Positions 21,691 through 31,851 of a stretch of DNA of 32,000 nt are shown one piece after another. Below the pieces are notes generated by a model. That model had not been told where the DNA came from. It worked only from the letters and a program-made list of their open reading frames with translations, and made no database searches. The DNA is taken from assembly GCF_000008625.1 (NCBI RefSeq), contig NC_000918.1:570001-602000 (forward strand). The letters are read 5' to 3'. Numbering within the stretch: position 1 is the first letter of the stretch; each line of letters starts with the position of its first letter. A program made the position numbers and the translations under genes. The stretch comes from Aquifex aeolicus VF5. Its GTDB lineage: Bacteria > Aquificota > Aquificia > Aquificales > Aquificaceae.

Positions 21691-23485
<1,795 letters not shown>

Positions 23486-23525
23486 TTTTCTACCTCAAAA
23501 AGTTTTTAAAGGAAAGGAAGAAGGA

Positions 23526-24212
23526 TTAAACCTTCTTCTTACAGATGTACCAGTCTGCACACTCGTATCCTTCTTGTAGTCTCTTGACCGCGTCTTCGTA
23601 AGTAGTCGGTGGCGGTACGATGACTTTTGTATTTTCTTCGGTAAATTCCCAGGTTTGGGGTTCGGGTACCCAGTCCGCGGGAGTTGCCACTCCTTCCCTG
23701 TCTGCGGTTTGGAGCGCATCAACGAGTCTTATAACTTCCCTTATGTTCCTACCGGTTGTGAGCGGGTAGTAAATCATAGCCCTGAGTATTCCCTTGTCGT
23801 CTATCACAAAGAGTGCCCTCACAGTGAAGGTTGTGCTCTGTGCTGGGTGTATCATTCCGTACTTCTTTGCAACTTCCATGTTGTGGTCCGCTATTATGGG
23901 GAAGGGGATTTCAATTCCAAACTTTTCCTTTATGTTCATAACCCACGCTATGTGTGAGAAGTTGCTGTCAACTGAGAGTCCTATGAGCTGGACGTTTCTC
24001 TTCTTGAACTCTTCGTAATTTTTAGCGAAAGCTACGAACTCGGTAGTACACACAGGTGTGAAGTCCGCGGGGTGTGAAAATAGAACTACCCACTGTCCCT
24101 TAAAGTCATCGGGGAATTTCACGGGACCGAAGGTCGTTTGTGCTTCAAAAGCCGGTGCCGGCTCACCGAGTCTCGGCAGAGAAACTACTTCCATTTCTTT
24201 CCTTTCTTCCAT
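23526..24212 (-). CDS. peroxiredoxin (Prx6/1-Cys-like)
   Basis: [45 protein letters not shown], long C-terminal domain. Strong SD AAAGGAGGT just upstream of the Met at 24212. Confidence 0.93.
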   Translation of the reverse strand: MEERKEMEVVSLPRLGEPAPAFEAQTTFGPVKFPDDFKGQWVVLFSHPADFTPVCTTEFVAFAKNYEEFKKRNVQLIGLSVDSNFSHIAWVMNIKEKFGIEIPFPIIADHNMEVAKKYGMIHPAQSTTFTVRALFVIDDKGILRAMIYYPLTTGRNIREVIRLVDALQTADREGVATPADWVPEPQTWEFTEENTKVIVPPPTTYEDAVKRLQEGYECADWYICKKKV

Positions 24213-24251
24213 GGCTCCCACCTCCTTTAACATTATTTTCATTAATTAATT

Positions 24252-24276
24252 TTATAAAGATATTGTTAATTGTCAA
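24252..24276 (-). promoter_or_regulatory. putative peroxiredoxin promoter
   Basis: Minus strand TTGACAATTAACAATATCTTTATAAAAT: TTGACA followed at 16 nt by TAAAAT (coordinates approximate). Confidence 0.5.
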
Positions 24277-24322
24277 TAACGGAAATCATAAAAGACGGAT
24301 AAAAAATTTTTTATGGTTAGTG

Positions 24323-24580
24323 TATAATAAGGGGAACGCTTCCTCGGAAAGGACACTGTGCCTCCTATGGACACTGGGATACTCGTCGGCTCAATCCAGC
24401 TCGACTCCACACTACCCCACCAGCAGGTTAGGGAAATAGGTAAGAAAATCGCCAGAATTCTGGAGGAAGAAAAGGAGAGGGGACTAAAGAGATATTACTT
24501 GGCCTTCGGTACGGAACCCGGCACGATCACCATAGGCGGTGGTGGGAACATTCCTGACACTCGTATACGTTCCCATATTC
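24323..24580 (+). ncRNA. candidate structured non-coding RNA (unassigned)
   Basis: TATAAT at 24323-24328 followed by a transcript-like start GGGGAACG. 5' GGGAACG (24332-24338) is perfectly complementary to CGTTCCC (24568-24574). Local GC is about 59% over the first 90 nt, and there are internal hairpins. No convincing protein. Confidence 0.35.
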
Positions 24581-24615
24581 TACATGGTCATCTACAGGAT
24601 AAAGCGCTTTCTCTC

Positions 24616-24945
24616 CTAGCCGTTTTTAAACTTTTCCAGTCTGCTCACCTGAACGTCCGAGACGAACACAACTCCAGAGTGCTTGTTAAAGAAGGGAGTG
24701 AGACCTTCAAGTATAGCTTCAACCTTCTCTTCGGGCATTACGGATATTACCATGTCAAGAACGTCCTCTTCGTTAAAGAGGAGATGCCCCTCGTGAAATC
24801 CGTGGCTTCCCTTTCCCGAAAGGTTGTGTATTATCGTGTATCCCTTTACTCCCGCCTTTTCAAGCAGGTCAAGCACAAAGTCTAAATCTTCACCTCTCAC
24901 GATTATCTCAACTTTCTTCATCTGGTAGAGGTTAAGCTTACCCAT
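24616..24945 (-). CDS. PII-like regulatory protein associated with DabA/DabB
   Basis: MKKVEIIVRGEDLDFVLDLLEKAGVKGYTIIHNLSGKGSHGFHEG: PII-like ferredoxin-like fold signature. Overlaps the dabA start of the operon's next gene by 8 nt. Confidence 0.75.
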   Translation of the reverse strand: MGKLNLYQMKKVEIIVRGEDLDFVLDLLEKAGVKGYTIIHNLSGKGSHGFHEGHLLFNEEDVLDMVISVMPEEKVEAILEGLTPFFNKHSGVVFVSDVQVSRLEKFKNG

Positions 24946-27900
24946 CTTTTACCTCCGTTTTAAGTTCGTTCCAGCTTCCCTTCTTATACCTGTAAAACTT
25001 CTTGCTTTCAGGGTCAAAGATTACGAAGTTCACCCACTCGTTCTGAATCAAGTTTCTGATAGCGTAAACCCTGTTTATAACGCTCAGGGCAAATTCATAG
25101 GGAGCCTCAAGTAGAATTATCAACCTTGCGGGTATGTGGAGAGGTTTCCCTTCTTTGTAAACGGTCTGAGTTGGGAGTCCGGTTCTCAGGTCGCTGAAGT
25201 TTCCGCTAATTACGCCGAACCTTCCCACCACGTTGTGGTAAACCTTACTGCCACTTCCGTACACCTCGTTGTCCGTCGTGGAGAAGTAGTATTCCATGTT
25301 AATCCACTGTCCGACTATCGCGGGACCTGAGAGTATAACTTCCAGAAGAAATCCCCTCCTGTCCACACGGTAGTCGTAAGAGTGAAGGAATACCTTACCT
25401 TCTAGGTTTAGATGTTTTGTGAGTTCTCTCCTTCCTATTACGAAGGCGTAGTTCCCGGAAAGTCCCCACTCGGGTCTTACCTGTGACCAGTCGTAGGCGT
25501 TTTCAACTACTTTGTATATTTTTCTGAGTTCGTCCTCCGCTTCCTCATCAAAGAGTTCCTTGTACCTCTCGGAAGCGGTAAGCATGCTCGCTTTGTCAAA
25601 GTCTTCCTTTATCTCTTTTAGTTTTTCCTTAACTTCTTGGGGAAATTGCTCAAGGTCGTAGAAGTGAACCTCGTCCGTTGTGGTGTTGTGAAGTCCCGGA
25701 ACGAAGTAAGTGTTCTCGGGAATGTTAATACCGAACTTTTCCTTTATCCTTTTCCTGACTTCCGGGTTGTTAGCCATTCTGCAAAAGACTATGGCGTTGT
25801 ATAGTCCAGAAGCACCACCGCAAGCACCGCAATCAAGGGCGGATTCATAAGGATTGTTGTCGGACTTGCTCCCGTGCCCGATTATGAAAACGAAGGGGGC
25901 AAACTCCGTAAGCCCCACCATCTTAAGAGCCCTTCCAATAAGGCTCGCCTGTTCGTCAAGGGTAAAACCGAGTTTGCTGAGTCTCTCAAACAGAATATTC
26001 CAGTAACCTCTGTCAACCTTGTACACCTTTCTCAGTCTTTCAATAAATTCCCTTTGTTTTTCACCTTTAAAGCCGTAGAGTTCCAGTCTTTCAGAGTAGT
26101 CCGTTTCTCCCAGGCACACCTTCAAGGTTTCTTCCAGAAGGGGCTTTTCCGGGTTCTTTATTCCGTATTCGTGCTCAAAAACCCTCTTTAAGATGGTCTC
26201 ATACACCCTGTTCACGAGCTCCTTTACTTCCTCTCTTGACGGCTTGTTTATTATGTAGTCCACATTTTCTTTAGACTCTAAAAGCTTTTCCTTTAGTTTT
26301 GAGTAGGAGTAAGGCATGAATGTCTTTCCTATGAAGTCAAACCCGAAGAGGAAACCTATCGCTTCAACGGTAACGTAGGGGGTGAGCACGTTTTGTTTTA
26401 AGTCGTGAAGTATGTGCTCAAGGAGATGAGTAACCTCGTATTCTTCCTTCATTTCTTTCGGTATCTCAAGAACTACGTTTCTCGGCTTTATGAGGACAGG
26501 GCACAGGAACTCTTCATGTCCTTTGTGAATTTCAACGAAGGCCATAGGGACGCCGAAGAACCCCGCTATTCCGTATGTTTCATAATTCCCTATCTTTTCT
26601 AAGTTTCTCCTGTACCTCTCCGAGCGAACGTCTATACAGAAGAGAGCCTGAGCTTTTGGCTTTTCCTTTTCCTGATTTGCCCTCAGAACGCCCTCTGTTA
26701 GCCTTTCTATTAGACTGTCTTCCAGAGCTTCAAGCCATATAAAGCCTTCCTTTTCTTGAAACTCCCCGTAGATTTCTAAAACTTTTTTAAGTTCTTCCTT
26801 AGAAAGTTCCTTTACCCTTTCACCGAGCCAGTCTTTCAAAAACAGGGCAAAGTTGGAGGCGTTTATGTGGGCTTTCCTTGAAAGGTAGGTGTTTATAAAA
26901 CTTTCAGCGTTTTTCAGGTTTTCCCTTACCTGCGAAGAGAGTTCAGCAGGAACCCTCTTGGTTGCGTACTCGTAGGTGAGGAATGCCTCTTCAATCTTTT
27001 CTTCAAAGAACCTTTTGAAGTTTTCATATGTAGGCTCAAAGGGGTAAACCTTTTTCCTGTGCTCCAGTATTCCCTTTTCCAGAATTAACCTTACAGCAAG
27101 AAATTCCACGAGGTCCGAGGGATAAACCCTCTGGAAGTAGTAGTGTTTGTTGTGAGAACGCCACTTTATGTAGCCCGCTATCCCTTTCAACTTTGCAAGC
27201 TCAAGGGTAATGTAGCGTTCCCACAGCTCCTCGGGAATTCCGTAAGACTTCAGGATATTATCTATTGCTTCTTCAGGCTCTTCAAAACTTTCCATAAGTT
27301 CACCGAGTTCTCTGCCTCCCCTGATTATAAACCTCAGGTTGTACTTGGCAAGTTCCCTGAAGGCTCTAAAGAATCCCTCCTTTCTCCTTGGCATTTCAAC
27401 CACAGACTGCCCTTCGTCCAGAAAGTCCAGGGAAAGCTTTATGAGCAACTCATTTACAGTTCTGTTTACACTTTCTCCAAAGAAAAGGTCCACAAAGTCC
27501 GCTATCGTGTACTTTTTCCCGAACTCTGAAAACAGGTTTTCCATTACTTCTTTCGGGTTTTCTGAAAAGAACCCCTTCAGTTTTTCAACAAGATCTGTGT
27601 CAGCTTCCCTGATAAGGTAGGTGTTCTCGTAAACTTTCAGCTTTTCGTCTTTTATAAGTCTTAAGAGATCCTCATAAGTAAGAGGTGCACCTTCCAGATT
27701 TACGTTTTCCTTTAAAGAATTCAGTAATTTTTCTTCTTTTATTAAGCCTTTGTTTAAAAAGTCTATGTAATCCTTTCTCCTTAAAAAAGCTCTTCCTTTA
27801 AATATTTCTTCTCCTTCTTTTATCGCTTTTGAAAAGTGTTCGCCTTCAAGCTCGTGGAGAGGGTTGTGGTAGACGAAGTTCCGCATAGGCCAGAAGTAGG

Positions 27901-27961
27901 AAAGCGGTTCTCCCGCTACGTTTACGAGTGAGCGTATGTATAACTTCCTTCCAAGTTCCAT
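24938..27961 (-). CDS. dabA: DabA-type inorganic carbon transporter subunit (DUF2309)
   Basis: 1007 aa. KPKAQALFCIDVRSERYRRNLE (Cys/Asp) and FAPFVFIIGHGSKSDNNPYESALDCGACGGASG (His/Cys): beta-carbonic-anhydrase-like zinc site arrangement of DabA. Confidence 0.88.
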   Translation of the reverse strand: MELGRKLYIRSLVNVAGEPLSYFWPMRNFVYHNPLHELEGEHFSKAIKEGEEIFKGRAFLRRKDYIDFLNKGLIKEEKLLNSLKENVNLEGAPLTYEDLLRLIKDEKLKVYENTYLIREADTDLVEKLKGFFSENPKEVMENLFSEFGKKYTIADFVDLFFGESVNRTVNELLIKLSLDFLDEGQSVVEMPRRKEGFFRAFRELAKYNLRFIIRGGRELGELMESFEEPEEAIDNILKSYGIPEELWERYITLELAKLKGIAGYIKWRSHNKHYYFQRVYPSDLVEFLAVRLILEKGILEHRKKVYPFEPTYENFKRFFEEKIEEAFLTYEYATKRVPAELSSQVRENLKNAESFINTYLSRKAHINASNFALFLKDWLGERVKELSKEELKKVLEIYGEFQEKEGFIWLEALEDSLIERLTEGVLRANQEKEKPKAQALFCIDVRSERYRRNLEKIGNYETYGIAGFFGVPMAFVEIHKGHEEFLCPVLIKPRNVVLEIPKEMKEEYEVTHLLEHILHDLKQNVLTPYVTVEAIGFLFGFDFIGKTFMPYSYSKLKEKLLESKENVDYIINKPSREEVKELVNRVYETILKRVFEHEYGIKNPEKPLLEETLKVCLGETDYSERLELYGFKGEKQREFIERLRKVYKVDRGYWNILFERLSKLGFTLDEQASLIGRALKMVGLTEFAPFVFIIGHGSKSDNNPYESALDCGACGGASGLYNAIVFCRMANNPEVRKRIKEKFGINIPENTYFVPGLHNTTTDEVHFYDLEQFPQEVKEKLKEIKEDFDKASMLTASERYKELFDEEAEDELRKIYKVVENAYDWSQVRPEWGLSGNYAFVIGRRELTKHLNLEGKVFLHSYDYRVDRRGFLLEVILSGPAIVGQWINMEYYFSTTDNEVYGSGSKVYHNVVGRFGVISGNFSDLRTGLPTQTVYKEGKPLHIPARLIILLEAPYEFALSVINRVYAIRNLIQNEWVNFVIFDPESKKFYRYKKGSWNELKTEVKDG

Positions 27962-27974
27962 AACTCTACCCCCT

Positions 27975-30338
27975 TCAAGCGATAAAGAATCCGATTACAA
28001 GCAGTAAGACAAGAATTCCCAGGGCTGGTTTGAACACTCTATCGTCTAAATCCGTGTAAATCAGGTCTTCCCTTTCTCTGTAAAAGAGGAACTTCCCGAG
28101 GGATACGAGAATAGCTGTACTCAGTATCACCCAGCCAATTAGGAAAAGGGCGTATGTGTATAGGTTGAGTTCTATACCTGCGTAGTAGTATGCGTAAAAA
28201 GTTATGAAAAGGGGAGCTCCGTATAAGAAAAGAGCTGTGATAAAGGTAAGTGCGGAAAACTTAGGCGCTTTTTCCAAAAGTCCCGTTATAAATCCAAACT
28301 CAGAAGAGCCATAATACTTTCTAAGGAATTCACCAAGATATACGAGGATTAAAATTCCGAAAGCTACAAATATCCCGAGCCAGAACTTACTCGAAATCCA
28401 GAGAACTGAGGCAGAAGCTCCGAAAATATCGGGTATAAACTCACTTAAGTTTCTGGAAGAAAGACTCCTTAAAGAGAAAAAGGCAAAGGTTATTAAAGGC
28501 ACGAGTGGAGAAAGAGAAATTTCTCCGAAGAATACCACTCCGAGAAGGGAACCAATAAGTAAAAGAACAGAATAGGTGTAGGGATTACCCTTCAGCTTTA
28601 GAATCAGGTAAACGCTTGGAAGAAGAGGAATAAAGAGTCCTAGCAGAAGGGTTTTTACGAAATCTGCGGTGCTCAGCTCAAGGGCTAAGAGGAAAAGTGC
28701 AAAGAGAGATATTCCCGCGAATACGCTTTCTTTTTTCAAAACATCGGAGACTTTTAAAAGAAACTCTTTAATAAACTCGTAAAGGTCCGTAAAGTAGAGT
28801 TCTCTGGAGAGATGGGTGTAAACGAAGGTGTTGAAGGTAAGGAACTTTTCCTTGTTGGCGTAATATATGAAAACCCAACCCGCGAGTATTATCAGTCCTA
28901 TCAGTATCATTTCCGCTATGAGAACTACAGTATTTGCAAAGGAGCTTTCGTAAATTCTCTCTATTATTTCCTGATTGGGGTAAAGGAACTTAGAGAGTGT
29001 ATGTCCCATAACTACGTATCCGAGGAGGAATATAAGGAGTGAGAGTATAGCTATTAATGCTGAAAGCAGGGGCTTTTCCCTTTCCGTCCTGAAGGTGCTT
29101 ATCACGGCCTGTGCTCCCGTAGCCCAAGCGAAAAAGAAGATTATGAGCTGAGTTTCATATTCCAAAAAGTGCTCCTCAACTATCAGGTGTATTAAAACCA
29201 CGAGGAGCAAGGGAACGAGTATGGAGAGCAGTGCGTAAAGCAACCACGGCACGTTTTTCTCAAATTTTATTCCTCTTGTCACTACCTTGTAAACTTCGTC
29301 TTCTGGGATGTTTGGGTCCTTTCTCGCGCTGTGTATGACGTTACCCGAGTAAAGGAATAGGGTCGCCTTGAATATACCGTGTGCCATCATGTGGTAAACT
29401 GCAAGGGCAAAAGCACCTATCCCAAACTCCATAACCATGTATCCCATCTGCCCTACAGTGGAGTATCCCAGAGACTTTTTAACGTCGTTTTGTATAAGCA
29501 TCAGGGCGGAACCGAGTATCGCCGTAAGAGAACCTACGAAGAAGGCAAGGTAAAGTCCCGGGTTTTCGTGCGTAAAGAGAAAAGCAGTTCTGTTTACGAG
29601 GAAGGCTCCCGCGTTTACTATACCCGCATGCATGAGAGCGGATACGGGAGTGGGACCTTCCATACTGTATACAAGCCAGAGGTGAAATGGAACCTGCGCG
29701 GACTTTATCATGGCTGACATAACGACGAGTAGCGGAACTACCCACAGGGTAAACGAGTACCCTTCAAAGGAAAGTACGGCCTTTTCAAGTTCGGGAATGC
29801 TCAGGGTTCTGAATTCAAGGTAGAGGAGAACAATGGCTATAAGCAGGGGAACGTCCGCAAGCCTCTGGGTTATAAAACTCAGGTTGGCGAACCTTACCGC
29901 TTTCTCCTCACGGTAGTTGTGGTTCAGGAGTAAAAACAGGAGAACTCCTACGAGGTGCCAAGCGAAGAATAAAAGGAGCAGGTTTCCGGCAACCACGAGA
30001 AGGATAAGCGTAGCGGTCATTAAGTCCAGAAGGGCGTAAAAGCGTCTGTATCCAGGCTCGTCCCTCATGTAGTTTTCCGCGTACTTGTGTATCACAGAAC
30101 TGACGAGGAGTATGTAAGTAGAGAGGAGCAGCCCCAGTCTGTCTGGAAAGAGCTCTAAAACTCCGAAGAGAGAAAAGTGACCAAATGATCCAGTAAGCAG
30201 GAGAATTAAAGAAATGAGGAAGTTTGTGAGTGTAAAAGAAGTACTCAGCCGCGCTCCCAGAACTCTATTCTCAAGCCTATAGACAAGAAAAGCGGAAACC
30301 AGTTGCAGGAGTATAGGGAGGATGATCATGTATTGCAT
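27975..30338 (-). CDS. dabB: DabB / NuoL-like proton-channel membrane subunit
   Basis: 787 aa polytopic. NuoL/MrpA family motifs HLWLVYSMEGPTPVSALMHAGIVNAGAFLVNR, GYSTVGQMGYMVMEFGIGAFALAVYHMMAHGIFKATLFLYSG. Adjacent to dabA, 13-nt gap. Confidence 0.85.
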   Translation of the reverse strand: MQYMIILPILLQLVSAFLVYRLENRVLGARLSTSFTLTNFLISLILLLTGSFGHFSLFGVLELFPDRLGLLLSTYILLVSSVIHKYAENYMRDEPGYRRFYALLDLMTATLILLVVAGNLLLLFFAWHLVGVLLFLLLNHNYREEKAVRFANLSFITQRLADVPLLIAIVLLYLEFRTLSIPELEKAVLSFEGYSFTLWVVPLLVVMSAMIKSAQVPFHLWLVYSMEGPTPVSALMHAGIVNAGAFLVNRTAFLFTHENPGLYLAFFVGSLTAILGSALMLIQNDVKKSLGYSTVGQMGYMVMEFGIGAFALAVYHMMAHGIFKATLFLYSGNVIHSARKDPNIPEDEVYKVVTRGIKFEKNVPWLLYALLSILVPLLLVVLIHLIVEEHFLEYETQLIIFFFAWATGAQAVISTFRTEREKPLLSALIAILSLLIFLLGYVVMGHTLSKFLYPNQEIIERIYESSFANTVVLIAEMILIGLIILAGWVFIYYANKEKFLTFNTFVYTHLSRELYFTDLYEFIKEFLLKVSDVLKKESVFAGISLFALFLLALELSTADFVKTLLLGLFIPLLPSVYLILKLKGNPYTYSVLLLIGSLLGVVFFGEISLSPLVPLITFAFFSLRSLSSRNLSEFIPDIFGASASVLWISSKFWLGIFVAFGILILVYLGEFLRKYYGSSEFGFITGLLEKAPKFSALTFITALFLYGAPLFITFYAYYYAGIELNLYTYALFLIGWVILSTAILVSLGKFLFYREREDLIYTDLDDRVFKPALGILVLLLVIGFFIA

Positions 30339-30392
30339 GGAAGGGTATTATAAGGGGAAAGGGAGAAAAAGGAAAGATGTTTTTTATCAGTT

Positions 30393-30596
30393 TTAGATGA
30401 GTTGTTGTTGTTTTTTGAGGGCTTTTAATATCTTCTTTCTCCTGTTCCTCTCCCTTTTCTTCTTCCTTTCACTCGGTGGCTCGTAGTACTCTCTCCTCTT
30501 TAACTCGGTCAAAATTTGTTCCTGCTCAACTCTTGCCTTGAACCTCTTTAAAACCTTCTCTATAGGTTCTCCTTCCTGAACAATTACCGTAACCAA
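30393..30596 (-). CDS. rpsU: 30S ribosomal protein S21
   Basis: VTVIVQEGEPIEKVLKRFKARVEQEQILTELKRREYYEPPSERKKKRERNRRKK. Confidence 0.93.
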   Translation of the reverse strand: MVTVIVQEGEPIEKVLKRFKARVEQEQILTELKRREYYEPPSERKKKRERNRRKKILKALKKQQQLI

Positions 30597-30655
30597 GCTT
30601 GCATCACCTCCTTTATCGGATTCGTAATTATACCAAATTAAAATCTATTTTAGAG

Positions 30656-30946
30656 ATGTTCAAGTACATAATCTTAATAACATTTTTAATGGTTTTCAAC
30701 CTGGTCTATTCAATCTACTCCCTGAGGGTGTGGAAGGAGTACACTGAAAGTTTCTACTTCTACTCACACCTCGTAAAGGAAAACATGTTGCTTATGAAGG
30801 AAGTTCACGAGAGGATTAATTACAGAAAACTCCTGAAGTACGCAAGAAAGCACGGCTTTAAGGATGTAAGTCCGAAAGACGTCAAAGGAATTTTAGAGAT
30901 ATATCTAACCAGCGAGAAGAGTGAACAATCGCGCCAGAAGAAATGA
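30656..30946 (+). CDS. small single-pass membrane protein, FtsL/DivIC-like architecture
   Basis: MFKYIILITFLMVFNLVYSIYSLRVWKEY (TM), then a charged helix and 'YRKLLKYARKHGFKDVSPKDV'. Start chosen at the internal Met of ORF 30599..30946. Confidence 0.5.
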   Translation: MFKYIILITFLMVFNLVYSIYSLRVWKEYTESFYFYSHLVKENMLLMKEVHERINYRKLLKYARKHGFKDVSPKDVKGILEIYLTSEKSEQSRQKK

Positions 30947-31706
30947 AGTCCACACCTTCAACCGCGTAATCCAGAACGTTATCAAGGGTTATGTTTCCCG
31001 AGACCTCTACCAGCGCCCTTCCCTTTATAATTTCCACAGCTCTTTTTACTTCTTCCGGTGTGAAGTTGTCGAGCATAATCACGTCAACACCTGCACTCAG
31101 TGCTTCTTCTACCTCTTCCAAGTTTTCAACTTCCACCTCAATTTTGTAAACAGGGGAAATCCTTTCCCTTACCCTCTTTACAGCCTCCTTTATGCTTCCG
31201 GCCACCCTCTTGTGGTTGTCTTTGATGAGAACCATGTCGTAGAGTCCAAACCTGTGGTTCGTCCCGCCTCCTATCCGCACTGCGTACTTTTCAAAGTAAC
31301 GAAAACCCGGCGTTGTCTTCCGAGTGTCTAAAATTTTCACGTTAGTCCCTTTAAGTTTTTCTACAAACTTTCTCGCCGTTGTGGCGATTCCGGAAAGTCT
31401 CTGAAGGATATTCAGGGAAAGTCTCTCACCGATGAGGAGGCTCTTTGCATCTCCCTCAAGAATTGCAAGTATTTCTCCTTTTTCGAAAACCTCGCCTTCC
31501 CTTTTTTTGAACTCAACACTTACTCCGCCGAGAATTTCAAAAACCATCTCAACGAAGGGAGCACCTGCAAGTACGCCTTCTTCCTTTGTCTTTATTACCG
31601 CCTTTGCTTTTTCACCTCTGTAAATTCCTTCTGTAGTTATGTCGCCTGTTCCTATGTCTTCGAGTAAAAACTCTTTTAGTTTTTCCTTTACGAGGATTTC
31701 GTTCAT
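30882..31706 (-). CDS. nadC: nicotinate-nucleotide pyrophosphorylase (carboxylating)
   Basis: LEEDIGTGDITTEGIY-type N-terminus, GERLSLNILQRLSGIATTARKF, ILDTRKTTPGFRYFEKYAVRIGGGTNHRFGLYDMVLIKDNH, VDVIMLDNF, VEVSGNI. Confidence 0.96.
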   Translation of the reverse strand: MNEILVKEKLKEFLLEDIGTGDITTEGIYRGEKAKAVIKTKEEGVLAGAPFVEMVFEILGGVSVEFKKREGEVFEKGEILAILEGDAKSLLIGERLSLNILQRLSGIATTARKFVEKLKGTNVKILDTRKTTPGFRYFEKYAVRIGGGTNHRFGLYDMVLIKDNHKRVAGSIKEAVKRVRERISPVYKIEVEVENLEEVEEALSAGVDVIMLDNFTPEEVKRAVEIIKGRALVEVSGNITLDNVLDYAVEGVDFISSGAIVHSSRWLDISLKFL

Positions 31707-31713
31707 GGTTGGG

Positions 31714-31801
31714 TGGTGGGGGTGGAGGGAGTCGAACCCTCACGGGCTTTTCGCCCAGGGGATTTTAAGTCCCCCGCGTCTGCCAATTCCGCCACACCCC
31801 C
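31714..31801 (-). tRNA. tRNA-Leu(TAA)
   Basis: Minus strand GGGGGTGTGGCGGAATTGGCAGACGCGGGGGACTTAAAATCCCC...GGGTTCGACTCCCTCCACCCCCACCA. Class II tRNA with long variable arm, TAA anticodon, genomically encoded CCA. Confidence 0.96.
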
Positions 31802-31816
31802 TAACTAAAGAAATAT

Positions 31817-31845
31817 ATTATACTTATAGAAAGAACTTTTCTCAA
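31817..31845 (-). promoter_or_regulatory. tRNA-Leu promoter
   Basis: Minus strand TTGAGA (31845-31840), 17-nt spacer, TATAAT (31822-31817), about 16 nt upstream of the tRNA 5' end. Confidence 0.7.
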
Positions 31846-31851
31846 GAAATC

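Noticed and set aside
24331-24580. Assignment of the orphan interval to tmRNA, SRP RNA or RNase P RNA
   Set aside because: No tmRNA tRNA-like 3' end, no SRP domain IV GGAAGGAAGCAGCC-type motif and no convincing RNase P P4 signature (only a loose GGAAAGGAC resemblance) could be seen by eye.
24601-24615. AAAGCGCTTT palindrome after the PII-like gene as a terminator
   Set aside because: The stem is only 5 bp and has no adjacent U-tract in the operon direction; support is too weak to call a terminator.
24616-24885. C-terminal part of plus-strand ORF 24358..24885
   Set aside because: It runs antisense to the PII-like gene, so any real product of this frame would have to be judged only on 24358-24615.
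30921-31331. 136-aa plus-strand ORF
   Set aside because: Antisense to nadC; composition mirrors the nadC codons.
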